Shown here piece after piece: positions 40,191 through 52,284 of a DNA stretch of 63,215 nt (its first letter is position 1; each line of letters starts with the position of its first letter). Origin of the DNA: an uncultured virus (IMG/VR IMGVR_UViG_3300028797_000117) (taxonomy: Duplodnaviria; Heunggongvirae; Uroviricota; Caudoviricetes); the IMG/VR virus record IMGVR_UViG_3300028797_000117; one strand, 5' to 3'. The notes under the pieces were generated by a model, which did no database searches, had not been told where the DNA came from, and saw nothing but the letters and a program-made list of their open reading frames with translations. The position numbers and the translations under genes were made by a program.

Positions 40191-41216
40191 ATGGCAATTG
40201 ATTTAATGAGTTTACAACCTCATAAAGTTAGCCGTGATTTACGTGGGTATTCAGTATTCTTTTATGGAGAACCAAAAAGTGGTAAGACAACAACTGCCGC
40301 ACATTTCCCAGAAGCTTTACTTTTAGCTTTTGAAAAAGGATATAATGCTATTCCTGGAATTATGGCTCAACCTATAAACTCATGGAGTGAGTTTAAACAA
40401 ACTTTAAGAGAGTTAAAGAAACAAGAAGTAAAAGATAAGTTTTCAACTATCATAATTGATACAGTTGATATTGCATATGACTATTGTACTAAATATATCT
40501 GCGACAATGCTAAAAGACCTGATGGCAGCTTTGGAGTGGACTCAATTAGCGACATCGGATATGGAAAAGGTTATGGAATGGTAAGTCAAGAATTTGATGA
40601 TAGCCTTAGAAGTATTGTTCAAATGGATTATGGTCTAGTATTAATTAGTCATGCTACTGATAAAACTTTTAAAAATGAAAGTGGAGAAGAATATAATCAA
40701 ATAGTTCCAACTTTAGATAAAAGAGGAACAAACATTGTATCTCGTATGGCTGATATCATTGGATACTCAAGAGTAGTATCTACTGATGAAGGAGATAAAA
40801 CAATGTTATTTATGAGAGGGACTAACAGATATATGGCTGGAAGTAGATTTAAATATACTCCAGATTATATAGAATTTTCTTATCAAAATTTAACAAATGC
40901 TATTGCTGATGCAATTGATGCACAAAGCAAAGAAGAAGGCGGAGAATATTTTACTGAGGAAAGAAGTAATTTATATCTACCAAAAGAAAATGAATTAGAT
41001 TTCGATCAACTAATGTTAGAATTCCAAGATATTATAAATAGATTAATCAAAAAAGCCGGAGATGACTTTGAATCTGTATATACCCCTCGTATAACTCAAA
41101 TTACTGAGAAATATCTTGGTAGAGGAAATAAAGTTAGTCAATGTTCAAGAGATCAAGTTGAAGTTTTATCTTTAATAGTAGATGAATTAAAAGACTTAGA
41201 AAAATTAAGTTTATAA
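40191..41216 (+). CDS. AAA_24/Sak4-like ATPase (recombinase)
   Basis: YGEPKSGKTT, IIIDT, G.G.GY, LISH, ADIIGY, AGSRF. Confidence 0.8.
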   Translation: MAIDLMSLQPHKVSRDLRGYSVFFYGEPKSGKTTTAAHFPEALLLAFEKGYNAIPGIMAQPINSWSEFKQTLRELKKQEVKDKFSTIIIDTVDIAYDYCTKYICDNAKRPDGSFGVDSISDIGYGKGYGMVSQEFDDSLRSIVQMDYGLVLISHATDKTFKNESGEEYNQIVPTLDKRGTNIVSRMADIIGYSRVVSTDEGDKTMLFMRGTNRYMAGSRFKYTPDYIEFSYQNLTNAIADAIDAQSKEEGGEYFTEERSNLYLPKENELDFDQLMLEFQDIINRLIKKAGDDFESVYTPRITQITEKYLGRGNKVSQCSRDQVEVLSLIVDELKDLEKLSL

Positions 41217-41310
41217 TAAAAAACGCCTTTTTAAAGGTGTTTTTTTGACTTTTTATTAAATAAATATTATAATATTAGTAAGAAGAAAAATAGTTTGGAG
41301 GTGCGCGGCG

Positions 41311-41820
41311 ATGGCAAAAGCTATGGTAAAATGTTTCTACTGTAATCAAATGTTTGACAGAAATGCTGAAGAATTTGTCTTAGTGAATTCCAGAAGATAC
41401 GCGCATAAAGAATGTCATGAGAAAGTGCAAGCGGGGAAATCACAAGATGAAAAAGATTATGAAGCATTAGTAAATTATGTTAAACAGGTTTTTAAATATT
41501 CAGTAGTTCCCGCAAAAATTACAAGACAAATCACAGACTATAAAAGACAATACTCTTTTACTTATAGCGGAATGTTAAAAGCATTAGTATGGTGGTTCGA
41601 GGTTAAAAAGAACTCAATTGATGCGGCAAATGGTGGAATAGGTATCTTGCCGTATATTTATAATGATGCAAAAACATATTATTATGGATTATATTTAGCG
41701 CAAATGGCTAACCAAAATAAAACTATTCAAAATAAGGTTGAAGAAATTGAAATCGCGCCACCGCGTATTTATGTGGCGCCACCAAGATTATTCAATATAG
41801 GGGAGGAAGAAAATGAGTAA
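41311..41820 (+). CDS. hypothetical protein with N-terminal Zn-binding motif (possible helicase loader)
   Basis: CFYC...RYAHKEC, GIGILPYIY; overlaps the DnaB start. Confidence 0.65.
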   Translation: MAKAMVKCFYCNQMFDRNAEEFVLVNSRRYAHKECHEKVQAGKSQDEKDYEALVNYVKQVFKYSVVPAKITRQITDYKRQYSFTYSGMLKALVWWFEVKKNSIDAANGGIGILPYIYNDAKTYYYGLYLAQMANQNKTIQNKVEEIEIAPPRIYVAPPRLFNIGEEENE

Positions 41821-43348
41821 ATATATAGATATACCATCAACAATTCAAGTAATTGGAAACATATATAATAATCCTGATTTATTAGATAATGAAAAATATA
41901 GTTTCCTAGAAGAAGACTTCCCTAATGAATTTCATAAAATTATTTTTGGAACAATTTTTAATCTTCACGCTATGGGAGCTAAAGAGATAACATTAAATGC
42001 TATTGAAGATTATTTATATAATAGACCAACTTCTTATGGAGTATATCAATCAAATAAAGGTTCAGAATATCTACAAAAATTAACAAGTGAGGTTCAACTT
42101 TCTACTTTTGATTATTATTATTATAGAATGAAGAAAATGACTTTATTAAGAGAATATGATAAAATAGGAATGGACTTAAAGTGGATATATGATCCAGATA
42201 ATATTTTAGATAACAAAAAGAAACAAGCACAAGAAGATTGGTTAGATAATACAAGTTTAGAAAGTATCGCTGATACAATCAATAGAAAAATAGAAGAAAT
42301 AAAATTAAAATACGTAGATGGAACAGATGAAGAATATGTTCAAGCTGGAGATAATATTGATGAACTTATAGATAGATTACAAAAGAATCCAGAAATAGGG
42401 TATCCATTATATGGGCCACTTGTAAACACAGTAACCCGTGGAGCAAGATTAAAGAAATTATATTTAAGGTCTGCGGCAACCGGTGTAGGAAAGACTAGGG
42501 CAATGATCGCTGATGCGTGCAATATAGCTTGTGATCAAATCTATAATTTAGAAACTCATCAATGGGAATTAAATGGAACTAAAGAACCTACATTATTTAT
42601 CACAACTGAGCAAGAAGTAGATGAAATCCAAACAATGATGTTAGCATTCTTAAGTGGAGTAAATGAAGCACATATTATTTATAACCATTATGAAGAAGGA
42701 GAGTTAGAGCGTGTAGTTCAAGCGGCGAAATTAATAAAATCATCTCCGCTTCATATAAAAAGATTACCAGACTTTAGTTTACAAGATATTGAAAATGCAA
42801 TTAAGTTTGGTATCCATGAATGGGGAGTTAGATATGTATTCTTCGATTACTTACATACTTCTTTAAAAATTCTTAGTGAAGTTTCATCTAAAGCGGGAAT
42901 TAAAGGATTAAGAGAAGATAATGTCTTATTTATGATAGCAATAAGACTTAAAGATATATGTAATGAATATGGAGTATTCATTATGACAGCAACACAGTTA
43001 AATGCTGAATACACAACAGCTCAACAATATGACCAAAACTTATTGCGTGGAGCAAAATCTATAGCAGATAAAATTGACTATGGTGCAATTATGTTACAAA
43101 CATCTCAAGAAGATAAGGACGCGTTAAAACCTATATTAGCGCAACAAAACTTACCTGTACCAGAAATAAAAATGTCAGTATATAAAAATAGACGTGGGCA
43201 ATATAAAGATATTCTACTTTGGTGTAAAGCTGATAGAGGAATCTGTAGAATCGAACCTATGTTTGCTACTGATTATAAATATGAAATAGTTGATTTACCT
43301 GACTTAAAAATTAAAATAAATCCAAATATAAGCGCCAGTGCGTTTTAG
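41813..43348 (+). CDS. replicative DnaB-like helicase
   Basis: SAATGVGKT, FITTE, VFFDY, TATQLN, LRGAKSIADKID, YKNRRG. Confidence 0.9.
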   Translation: MSKYIDIPSTIQVIGNIYNNPDLLDNEKYSFLEEDFPNEFHKIIFGTIFNLHAMGAKEITLNAIEDYLYNRPTSYGVYQSNKGSEYLQKLTSEVQLSTFDYYYYRMKKMTLLREYDKIGMDLKWIYDPDNILDNKKKQAQEDWLDNTSLESIADTINRKIEEIKLKYVDGTDEEYVQAGDNIDELIDRLQKNPEIGYPLYGPLVNTVTRGARLKKLYLRSAATGVGKTRAMIADACNIACDQIYNLETHQWELNGTKEPTLFITTEQEVDEIQTMMLAFLSGVNEAHIIYNHYEEGELERVVQAAKLIKSSPLHIKRLPDFSLQDIENAIKFGIHEWGVRYVFFDYLHTSLKILSEVSSKAGIKGLREDNVLFMIAIRLKDICNEYGVFIMTATQLNAEYTTAQQYDQNLLRGAKSIADKIDYGAIMLQTSQEDKDALKPILAQQNLPVPEIKMSVYKNRRGQYKDILLWCKADRGICRIEPMFATDYKYEIVDLPDLKIKINPNISASAF

Positions 43349-43365
43349 GAAAGGGGGATGCGGCA

Positions 43366-44463
43366 ATGGATGAAAATAAAGAAAGATTAGAAGAAATAAA
43401 AAATAGTTTAACTATAGAACAAGTGTTTGATTTACTTTTGTCTTATGGCGCAGATCCCGTCCTAAAGGATGATTTAATCATTTGCCGAACAATATGTCAT
43501 GGCGGAGATAGTCATAAATTATATTATTATGAAAACACACATCTATTCAGATGTTATACAGAATGTAGCGACACATTTGACATTTTTCAACTCGTGGTTA
43601 AAGTAGAATCAAGCGGCGGCCGCAATTATTCATTACCGCAAGCTATTAACTATGTTATTAATTTTTTCAATTTAAGCATAGAAAATAAAAATTTTCAAAA
43701 AAATGATGATGAGCTTATTGATTGGCAAATTTTTAATAGATATGATAAAATTTTAAATAATGAAAATAACAAAAGAACAATAGAAATGAAAATTTATGAT
43801 GATAAGATATTAACTTATTTACCACATCCTCGTATACTTCCATGGGAAGACGAGGGTATAAGTAAGGATGTAATTAAGTATCATAATATTTGTTATAACC
43901 CTTCCTCTCAAGCAATAGTTATTCCCCATTATAATATAGATGGAGAGCTAGTTGGTATTAGAGAAAGAACATTAATTAAAGAAAATGAAATATATGGTAA
44001 ATATAGACCAATGTATCTAAATAAACAAATGTATAATCACCCTTTAGGCTTTAACTTATATAATTTAAACTTTAGTAAAGAAAATATAAAAAGAACAAAA
44101 AAAGCAATTATATTTGAAGGAGAAAAGTCTCCGCTTCTATATGCATCATATTTTGGACAAGAAAATGATATAACAGTTGCGGTATGCGGTAGCTCGTTAT
44201 CATCATACCAAGTTCAATTATTATTAGATCTAGGTATAGAAGAAATGATAATTGCTTTCGATAAACAATTTCAAGAACTTGGAGATAAAGAACATATAGG
44301 CTGGGTTAAGAAATTAAAAGATATAAACAAAAAATATAGTAAATATGTAAGAATTTCTTATATGTTTGATAAATGGGGTATATTAGGTTATAAATCTAGC
44401 CCTATTGATGAAGGGAAAGAGAAATTTTTAAAGTTATTTGACAAAAGATTTAGTTTAGAGTAA
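43366..44463 (+). CDS. DNA primase (Zn finger plus TOPRIM)
   Basis: TICHGG...FRCYTEC, IVIPH, GIR.R, LYNL, IFEGEKS, IAFD. Confidence 0.85.
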   Translation: MDENKERLEEIKNSLTIEQVFDLLLSYGADPVLKDDLIICRTICHGGDSHKLYYYENTHLFRCYTECSDTFDIFQLVVKVESSGGRNYSLPQAINYVINFFNLSIENKNFQKNDDELIDWQIFNRYDKILNNENNKRTIEMKIYDDKILTYLPHPRILPWEDEGISKDVIKYHNICYNPSSQAIVIPHYNIDGELVGIRERTLIKENEIYGKYRPMYLNKQMYNHPLGFNLYNLNFSKENIKRTKKAIIFEGEKSPLLYASYFGQENDITVAVCGSSLSSYQVQLLLDLGIEEMIIAFDKQFQELGDKEHIGWVKKLKDINKKYSKYVRISYMFDKWGILGYKSSPIDEGKEKFLKLFDKRFSLE

Positions 44464-44488
44464 AATATAATAAGGAGAATGATTTAAA

Positions 44489-46240
44489 ATGAGATATAAA
44501 TTAATAAAAGATGTAGACCCACAGTTAAGCGCAATTCAACAAGTTCTCTTTAATCGTGGTATAAAGTTAAGTGATATTCATCATTATTTAAACACAACAG
44601 ATGATGATATTAGTAATGCGGAAATGTTCGGTGAAGACAGGATTAAGGCTGCGGTTACCGCATTAGTTACTGCAATTAATAATAACTGAAATACATTAAT
44701 CTTAGTAGATTGCGATTGCGATGGTTATACATCTGCGGCAATACTTATAAATTATTTATATGACTTATTTCCATCTTTTGTAGATAATCATTTAAAATAT
44801 TATTTACATGAAGATAAAACACATGGATTAAGTGATTGTATAGATTATATAGAAAAAAATGATTTTAAATTAATTATTATACCAGACGCTGCAAGTAATG
44901 ATTATGAATACCATAAAAAATTAAATGAAGAGGGTAGAAAGATTATCATCTTAGACCACCATGAAGCGCCATATGTTTCAGAAAACGCTATAACAATTAA
45001 TAATCAATTATCTGATTATCCAAATAAACAATTATCTGGTGCTGGAGTTGTATGGCAATTTTGTAGATATTTAGATAAACTTCGTGGTAGTCATAATGCG
45101 GATGAGTATATAGATTTAGCGGCGCTAGGAAATTGCGGAGACATGATGAGTCTTAAATCAATTGAGACTAAACATATCATAACCAAGGGTTTCCGCAACG
45201 AGAATATTAAAAATCCATTTATATATAATATGGCTGAAAAGAACTCTTATACATTAGGAAATAAAATAACCCCAATTGGAGCAGCATTTTATATTGTTCC
45301 TTTTGTAAATAGTATGGTTAGAAGTGGAACTTTAGAAGAAAAAGAATTATTATTCAAATCAATGTTAAAATCTGAAGCTTTTAAAGAAATATTATCTAAT
45401 AAGCGTGGACATAAATTAGGCGAGATGGAAAAACTTGTTGACCAAGCCTTAAGAACTGCTACTAATGTAAAAAATAGACAAACTAGAGCGCAAGACGCGG
45501 GAATGGAATTAGTAGAAAACCAAATAGAAGAAAAAGATATGATGAAACATAAAGTTCTTATATTCTTACTTCAGCCTGGTCAAATAGATCCAAATATTGC
45601 AGGATTAATAGCCAATAAAATAATGGCTAAATATCAAAGACCTGTATTAATGTTAACCGCTAGAGATGGTATGTATCAAGGATCAGCGCGTGGATATTCT
45701 AAATCAGGAATTGAAAATTTTAAAGATATATGTCAAGATACTGGATTAGTAGAATATGCTGAAGGACATCAAAATGCATTTGGGCTTGGAATCAAACCTG
45801 AAAATATTGATAGATTTATAAAATTAACAGATGAAGCCCTAAAAGATATGGAATCTGAACCTTTATATTATGTTGATTATATTTTTAAAGGTGTAGATGT
45901 TAAACCTGAAACAATATTAGATATTGCTAACTTATCAGATTTATGGGGGCAAGATATTGATGAAAGTTTAATTTGTGTAGAAAATTTAAAAGTTGCTAAA
46001 GAAATGCTTACATTAATGTCTCCTGATAAAAAACCTACTTTAAAAATAACTTTACCAAATAAAATAAGTTTTATTAAATTTGGGAGTTCACAAGAAGAAT
46101 ATGAAAAACTTTTAAGTGAAGGTTATGTAGAATTAAATATTATAGGTAGATGCAATGCTAATGAATGGATGGGAAGAATTACTCCTCAAATCTTAATAGA
46201 AGATTATGAAATAATAGGACAAAGTAAGTATAATTTTTAA
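44489..46240 (+). CDS. recJ: RecJ-like DHH single-stranded DNA exonuclease, TGA=Trp
   Basis: Single TGA at codon 67, then DCDCDG, HGL, PDA, LDHH, LSGAGV, GSARG, GHQNAFG; joins track ORFs 44489-44689 and 45143-46240. Confidence 0.9.
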
Positions 46241-46296
46241 TTGATAAATAGTAAAAAATATAATAAAATATAAATATATAGAAAGAGAGGCATAGT

Positions 46297-47499
46297 ATGA
46301 TCGAGCTTAATGACAAACAACTTCAGGGATTAGATTTAGCAGTAGCCAGATTTAGAGCAGGTTGTAAGACTACAATTATAGCCGGTTATGCTGGAACTGG
46401 AAAATCTACTCTAGTTAAATTTATTATTGCCGCTCTTGAAAAAGATGGAATAGATCCAGAGAAAGATGTAGTATATACTTCGTTCACTGGAAAAGCAACT
46501 CAGGTCTTACAAAAGAAAGGGAATAAAAATGTTAGTACTTTGCATAGATTACTATATGAACATTTCCCAAGACCAGATGGAACATTCTTTCGTAGACCTG
46601 TTACTTTCATTCCATTTAAAATTGTAGTAGTCGATGAATGTAGTATGGTACCTAAAGAATTATTAAAACAACTTTTGAAATATAGAGTTTATGTAATTTG
46701 TTTAGGTGACCCAGGACAACTTCCTCCTGTTAATAAGGATGAAGATAATCATTTATTAGATAATCCAGATATTTTCTTAGATGAAATAATGAGACAAGAA
46801 GAACAAAGTGAAATTATTAAATTAACAATGGATATTAGAGCTGGTAAACCATTAAATCATTTTGTTGGGAAAGAAGTTCAAATATTAGATAAAGAAGAAT
46901 TAACAACAGGAATGCTTCAATGGGCAGACCAAATAATTTGTTCAACTAATGCGACAAGAGTTGCACTTAATAAACAAATGAGAGATTTATTAGGACGCGG
47001 CGATAATCCAGAAGATGGAGATAAAGTTATTTGTTTAAGAAATTATTGGGATGTGTTCAGTGAGGACGGATCTCCGCTAGTTAATGGCACAATAGGTACT
47101 TTAAGTGAAAGTTTTAATTCTTTTATAAAAATACCTTATTATATTACAAGCGGAAGACTTAATCAAATCAATACAGTAATTTCTAATTTTAAATCTGATG
47201 ATGGAATAACTAATTTTAGTAATTTAAGTATGGATAAAAGAATGATTTTAGAAGGCGAGCCTACATTGAATTTTAAAGAAAGTTATAAATTAAGTAAAAA
47301 TAAAAATTATGCAAGTAGTATTCCATTAAGTTTTACTTATGGATATGCAATTACTTGTCATAAATCTCAAGGTAGCGAGTGGGATAATGTGCTTGTTATT
47401 GAAGAAGGTTTCCCTTTTGATAAAGAAGAACATATAAAATGGTTATATACTGCGTGCACTAGGGCAGCTAAAAAGCTAGTGATAATAAGGAGAGGATAA
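46297..47499 (+). CDS. RecD/Dda-like SF1B helicase
   Basis: GYAGTGKS, TGKA, VVDECSM, GDPGQLPPV, RQ, YAITCHKSQGSEW, LYTACTRA. Confidence 0.9.
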   Translation: MIELNDKQLQGLDLAVARFRAGCKTTIIAGYAGTGKSTLVKFIIAALEKDGIDPEKDVVYTSFTGKATQVLQKKGNKNVSTLHRLLYEHFPRPDGTFFRRPVTFIPFKIVVVDECSMVPKELLKQLLKYRVYVICLGDPGQLPPVNKDEDNHLLDNPDIFLDEIMRQEEQSEIIKLTMDIRAGKPLNHFVGKEVQILDKEELTTGMLQWADQIICSTNATRVALNKQMRDLLGRGDNPEDGDKVICLRNYWDVFSEDGSPLVNGTIGTLSESFNSFIKIPYYITSGRLNQINTVISNFKSDDGITNFSNLSMDKRMILEGEPTLNFKESYKLSKNKNYASSIPLSFTYGYAITCHKSQGSEWDNVLVIEEGFPFDKEEHIKWLYTACTRAAKKLVIIRRG

Positions 47500-47500
47500 A

Positions 47501-47779
47501 ATGAAATATAAATTTGACAAAGTATTTAATGACAGATGGAGTATTTGGTATAAAGAATTACCTAAAAGAGGCAGTAGAATAGGAGTTTATAAGATATTTG
47601 ATTTATATGCTAAAACAAGAACTTATAGATATGCTTTTAGATATAAACCAAGAGAAAATCAAACTCAAGAGGGTTCTGATACAAGCATCATTATGAATTG
47701 TATTCATAATTTCTACAAGAGAAAAGTTTACATGGGTACTAAAAATGAAGGCGGCAACCGTGGTTTAAAGAAAGCTTAA
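47501..47779 (+). CDS. hypothetical basic protein
   Basis: GGAGAGG RBS, 92 aa. Confidence 0.65.
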   Translation: MKYKFDKVFNDRWSIWYKELPKRGSRIGVYKIFDLYAKTRTYRYAFRYKPRENQTQEGSDTSIIMNCIHNFYKRKVYMGTKNEGGNRGLKKA

Positions 47780-47806
47780 TCGCGGTTCTTTTTGTATGGA
47801 GGGATT

Positions 47807-48292
47807 ATGCAAGTAAGAATTAGTTATTTTTATCAAATTAGAAACTTTAAAAAGAATATGATACCGATGTCTACAGCTATGTCTGATCCCGATTGGTACC
47901 ATGATTGGCAGGGGAATGATCACACTTTCATCGACCGCCGCGGGATTTTAAATGGTTTACGCTTGCGCCCAATTATAGTACAAGAACATAATGGCGGCGT
48001 CAGCTGTCCATGCGAACATAGGGACTGGACCCGCTGTCCGCTTGCTAAATCATATCAAGAACATTTAGAACAAATAGATTTTGATAAAATGATGAAAGGT
48101 ATATCTGACTTTTGTGAAATGTATGCAAAGCAAGAAAATCTCAAGGAAGAGCCTATTGCAGTATTAATTGTCTATGAAGCTCCTAATAACCCATGCAGTG
48201 AACGCGGGGCCTTGATTGATTATTTCCAGAGACACGGAGTCGACTGTAAAGAATTAGAATACCCGATTCAGAAACCTGACTTGAAATTTTAA
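47807..48292 (+). CDS. hypothetical protein (DUF488-like pattern)
   Basis: ISYFYQIR...STA..DPDW...LIVYE.P..PCSER; GGAGG RBS. Confidence 0.65.
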   Translation: MQVRISYFYQIRNFKKNMIPMSTAMSDPDWYHDWQGNDHTFIDRRGILNGLRLRPIIVQEHNGGVSCPCEHRDWTRCPLAKSYQEHLEQIDFDKMMKGISDFCEMYAKQENLKEEPIAVLIVYEAPNNPCSERGALIDYFQRHGVDCKELEYPIQKPDLKF

Positions 48293-48336
48293 TAAAATTA
48301 TTATATAATATAATTAGAAAGAAAGGATGATGAAAA

Positions 48337-51300
48337 ATGAATAAAAGATTTGAAGTACACTCTCATACACATTATAGTAATTTAAGACTATTAGACTGTA
48401 TCAATAGACCGAAAGATTTAATTGATAGAGCAATAGAACTAGGTTTATCAGGTATAGCAATTACAGATCATGAGTGTATTAGTTCTCATCCTGAGATAAA
48501 TTTTTATCAATCAGAAGTGCAAAAAGAACATCCTGATTTTAAGATAGCGCTTGGTAATGAAATTTATTTAACAGATACTAGAGATAGTGGTCAAAGATAT
48601 TACCACTTTATTTTGATTGCTAAAAATAAAGAAGGACATAGAGCATTAAGAGAATTATCTTCAAGAGCTTGGATGAATAGTTATTGGGATAGAGGTCTTG
48701 AAAGAGTTCCAACTTTAAAAAGTGATTTAGAAGAAATATTAAAAAAGTATCCAAACAGTGTTATAGGAACAACAGCTTGTTTAGGTGGAGAATTATCTGT
48801 TAATACATTAGAGTTAATTAGATGTGAAACAATAGGAGATATAAATGGTGCGGCAATCGCTCATAATAATATTGTAAACTTTTTGTTATGGGCTAAAGAA
48901 GTATTCGGTGAAGATAATTTTTATATAGAATGTGCGCCAGGTGCAAGTAAAGAACAAGTAATGGTTAATAAAAGATTTCCTTCTATTGCAAAGGCATTTG
49001 GTTTAAAAATGGTTATCGGTTCAGATGCTCACTATCTTAAAAAAGAAGATAGATATGTTCATAAAGCATATTTAAATAGTAAGTTTGGTGAAAGAGAAGT
49101 AGACGAATTTTATGAATTTGCTTATCTTCAAGATGATGATGATATTGTTAGAAATTTAAGTGCTTCTGATTTTAATATAGATTTTATTAATGAAATGTAT
49201 GATAATAGTATAAATATTTATAATAAAATTGAAAATTATAGTTTAGCACATGCACAAACAATTCCACATGTAGAAGTAAAAGATTATGATAAAAAAGAAT
49301 TTGATAAAGAAAAATATCCAATATTAAGTGATATGTTTGAATCAGATGATAAGATAGAAAGATATTGGGTTAATCAATGTGTAAATAGATTAAATAAATT
49401 AGATATATATAATGAAGAGTATTTAAATAGATTAGAAGAAGAAGCTGATATAAAAAGAACAATTAGTGAAAAGTTAGGCACAAATATGTTTGCATATCCT
49501 GTAACTTTACAACATTATGTTGATTTGTTTTGGGATTGTGGAAGTATAGTAGGTGCAGGGCGTGGTTCAAGTTGTTCAGGATTAAATCATTATTTATTAG
49601 GTATAACTCAATTAGATCCTATTCAATGGAATCTTCCATTCTGGAGATATTTAAATAAAGAAAGAGTTGAATTAGGAGATATTGATTTAGATTTATGTCC
49701 AAGTAAAAGACCAAAGATTTTAAATGAAATAAAAAAAGAAAGAGGACAAAACTTTAATAAAGATATAGATGATTTAAGTAGAAAGAATTTAGGATGTACA
49801 TTAATTGCAACTTTTGGAACAGAAGGAACAAGATCAACTATATTAACTGCATGTCGTGGTTATAGAAGTGAAGATTTTCCAGATGGAATAGATGTAGATA
49901 CAGCACAATATTTAAGTTCACTTATTCCTAGTGAGCGTGGTTTCTTATGGCCTCTAGAAGATGTAATGAATGGAAATGAAGATAAGGGTAGAAAGCCAAT
50001 TAAAACATTTATTAATGAAGTTAATCAATTCCCAGGATTATTAGATATTATGAGCGGAATTGAAGGATTAGTTAATAAAAGAAGTAGTCATGCTTCAGGA
50101 GTTATCTTATTTGATGAAGATCCATATGAATTTGGTTCATTTATGAGAACTCCAAAAGGAGAAGTAATCACAGCTTATGATTTACATATGTGTGAAGCAT
50201 GTGGTATGACAAAATATGATTTCTTAGTAACAGAAGTTCAAGATAAATTAGCAGAAGCAATTAGAATGTTACAAGATTATGGTGAAATAGAAAGTGATTT
50301 AACTTTAAGAGAAGTTTATGATAAATATTTTCATCCAAATGTATTGCCTATTGAAGATGATAGATATTGGAAAGTATTGCAAGACAATAGTGTATTAAAT
50401 ATCTTTCAATTTGATAGTGATGTTGGAGGTCAAGCAGCTAAAAAGATTAAACCAACAAACATTATGGAAATGGCAGATGCAAATGGATTAATGAGATTAA
50501 TGACAGCAGAAAAAGGTCAAGAATCTCCAATGGATAAATATATTAGATTTAAAAATAATATAGATTTATGGTATAAAGAAATGGATAAATATGGTCTAAC
50601 AAAAGAAGAACAAAAAGTATTAGAGCCATATTTTAGAAGTTCACATGGTGTTCCTCCTAGTCAAGAACAATTAATGAGAATGTTAATGGATGAAAAGATA
50701 TGTCATTTTACATTAGCAGAAGCAAATGCAGCAAGAAAAATAGTAGGAAAGAAACAAATGAGTAAAATCCCAGGATTAAGAAAACAAGTATTGGATCAAG
50801 CATCTAGTCCATGTATGGGTAATTATGTATGGACATGTGGTGTCGGTCCTCAAATGGGTTATTCATTTAGTATCATTCACGCATTAGCATATTCATTTAT
50901 AGGTTTTCAAACTATGTATATAGCGACAAGATGGAATCCGATATATTGGAATACAGCTTGTTTAGTTGTTAATAGCGGAAGTCTTGAAGAAGAAAGTGAT
51001 TTTGAAGAGGATGAAGATGGATTTGTAGTAGAGAAAAAAGAAAAATCTACTGATTATAGTAAAATTGCAAAAGCATTAGGAGATATAATTAATAGAGGAA
51101 TTAAAGTAAGTTTAGTAGATATAAATAAGTCTGATTATAGTTTTGAACCAGATGTAGATAATAATGAAATATTATTTGGTATGAAAGCATTAAGTAATAT
51201 TAGTGGAGCAACAATAGAACAAATAAAAGCAAGTCGTCCATATGTAGGAATTGCTGATTTTATGGCAAAATGTCCATTAAATAAAAGTGCAATGATTAGT

Positions 51301-52284
51301 TTAATTAAGGCAGGTGCATTTGATAAATTAGATAAAGAGAATGCGGCGGCCGCAGGTGTAGAAACTAGAATGTGGACAATGGCATATTATTTAAGTAAAG
51401 TATGTGAAGCAAAAAAAAGATTGACTTTACAAAACTTTAATGGATTGTTACAACATAATTTAATTCCTGAAGAATTAAATCTTCAAAAAAGAACATTTAT
51501 ATTTAATAAATATTTAAAAGCAAATCAAAAAGTTGGAAAATATTATGTATTTAATAGTTCATGTGAAGAATTTTATAATCAATTTTTTGATATAGACCAG
51601 TTAGAAATAATTAATGGTGTAACTTGTATATTGCAGGCAAGATGGGATAATATTTATCAAAGTATAATGGCGGATGCAAGAACTTGGTTACAAAATAATC
51701 AAGAAAAAATGTTAAAAGAATTTAATACAATGTTATTTAAAGAATGTTGGGATAAATATGCTCAAGGAAATGTATCTGCATGGGAAATGGAAGCATTATG
51801 TTTCTATTATCATGAACATGAATTAGCACATATTAATACAATAAAATATGGAATAGATGATTTCTTTGAACTTCCTGTTGAGCCAGAAGTTGAAACAATG
51901 TTTAAAAGAAATGGTAAAGATATTCCAATATTTAAAACATATAAAATTATAGGAACTGTTATTAGTAAAAATGATAATAAAAATAGTATAACAATATTAA
52001 CAACAAGTGGAGTTGTCCCTGTTAAGTTTACAAAAGAATATTTTGCAATGTTTAATAGACAATTAAGTGAAGTTCAAGAAGATGGAACTAAACATGTAGT
52101 TGAAAAAGGTTGGTTCACTAGAGGAACAAAAGTAATGGTAACAGGATTTAGAAGAGATGACACATTTGTTGCAAAAACTTATACAAGAACACAAACTCAT
52201 CAATTATATAAAATAGAAGAAGTAAATAATGGTGATATGAAATTAACTCATGAAAGGGGAAACCAAGATGAAACGAATAATTAA
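48337..52284 (+). CDS. dnaE: DNA polymerase III alpha subunit (family C)
   Basis: PHP domain HSHTHYS/AITDH, GAGRGSS, DIDLD, HASGV, KYDFL, GYSF...HA.AY; uninterrupted 1315 aa. Confidence 0.95.
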   Translation: MNKRFEVHSHTHYSNLRLLDCINRPKDLIDRAIELGLSGIAITDHECISSHPEINFYQSEVQKEHPDFKIALGNEIYLTDTRDSGQRYYHFILIAKNKEGHRALRELSSRAWMNSYWDRGLERVPTLKSDLEEILKKYPNSVIGTTACLGGELSVNTLELIRCETIGDINGAAIAHNNIVNFLLWAKEVFGEDNFYIECAPGASKEQVMVNKRFPSIAKAFGLKMVIGSDAHYLKKEDRYVHKAYLNSKFGEREVDEFYEFAYLQDDDDIVRNLSASDFNIDFINEMYDNSINIYNKIENYSLAHAQTIPHVEVKDYDKKEFDKEKYPILSDMFESDDKIERYWVNQCVNRLNKLDIYNEEYLNRLEEEADIKRTISEKLGTNMFAYPVTLQHYVDLFWDCGSIVGAGRGSSCSGLNHYLLGITQLDPIQWNLPFWRYLNKERVELGDIDLDLCPSKRPKILNEIKKERGQNFNKDIDDLSRKNLGCTLIATFGTEGTRSTILTACRGYRSEDFPDGIDVDTAQYLSSLIPSERGFLWPLEDVMNGNEDKGRKPIKTFINEVNQFPGLLDIMSGIEGLVNKRSSHASGVILFDEDPYEFGSFMRTPKGEVITAYDLHMCEACGMTKYDFLVTEVQDKLAEAIRMLQDYGEIESDLTLREVYDKYFHPNVLPIEDDRYWKVLQDNSVLNIFQFDSDVGGQAAKKIKPTNIMEMADANGLMRLMTAEKGQESPMDKYIRFKNNIDLWYKEMDKYGLTKEEQKVLEPYFRSSHGVPPSQEQLMRMLMDEKICHFTLAEANAARKIVGKKQMSKIPGLRKQVLDQASSPCMGNYVWTCGVGPQMGYSFSIIHALAYSFIGFQTMYIATRWNPIYWNTACLVVNSGSLEEESDFEEDEDGFVVEKKEKSTDYSKIAKALGDIINRGIKVSLVDINKSDYSFEPDVDNNEILFGMKALSNISGATIEQIKASRPYVGIADFMAKCPLNKSAMISLIKAGAFDKLDKENAAAAGVETRMWTMAYYLSKVCEAKKRLTLQNFNGLLQHNLIPEELNLQKRTFIFNKYLKANQKVGKYYVFNSSCEEFYNQFFDIDQLEIINGVTCILQARWDNIYQSIMADARTWLQNNQEKMLKEFNTMLFKECWDKYAQGNVSAWEMEALCFYYHEHELAHINTIKYGIDDFFELPVEPEVETMFKRNGKDIPIFKTYKIIGTVISKNDNKNSITILTTSGVVPVKFTKEYFAMFNRQLSEVQEDGTKHVVEKGWFTRGTKVMVTGFRRDDTFVAKTYTRTQTHQLYKIEEVNNGDMKLTHERGNQDETNN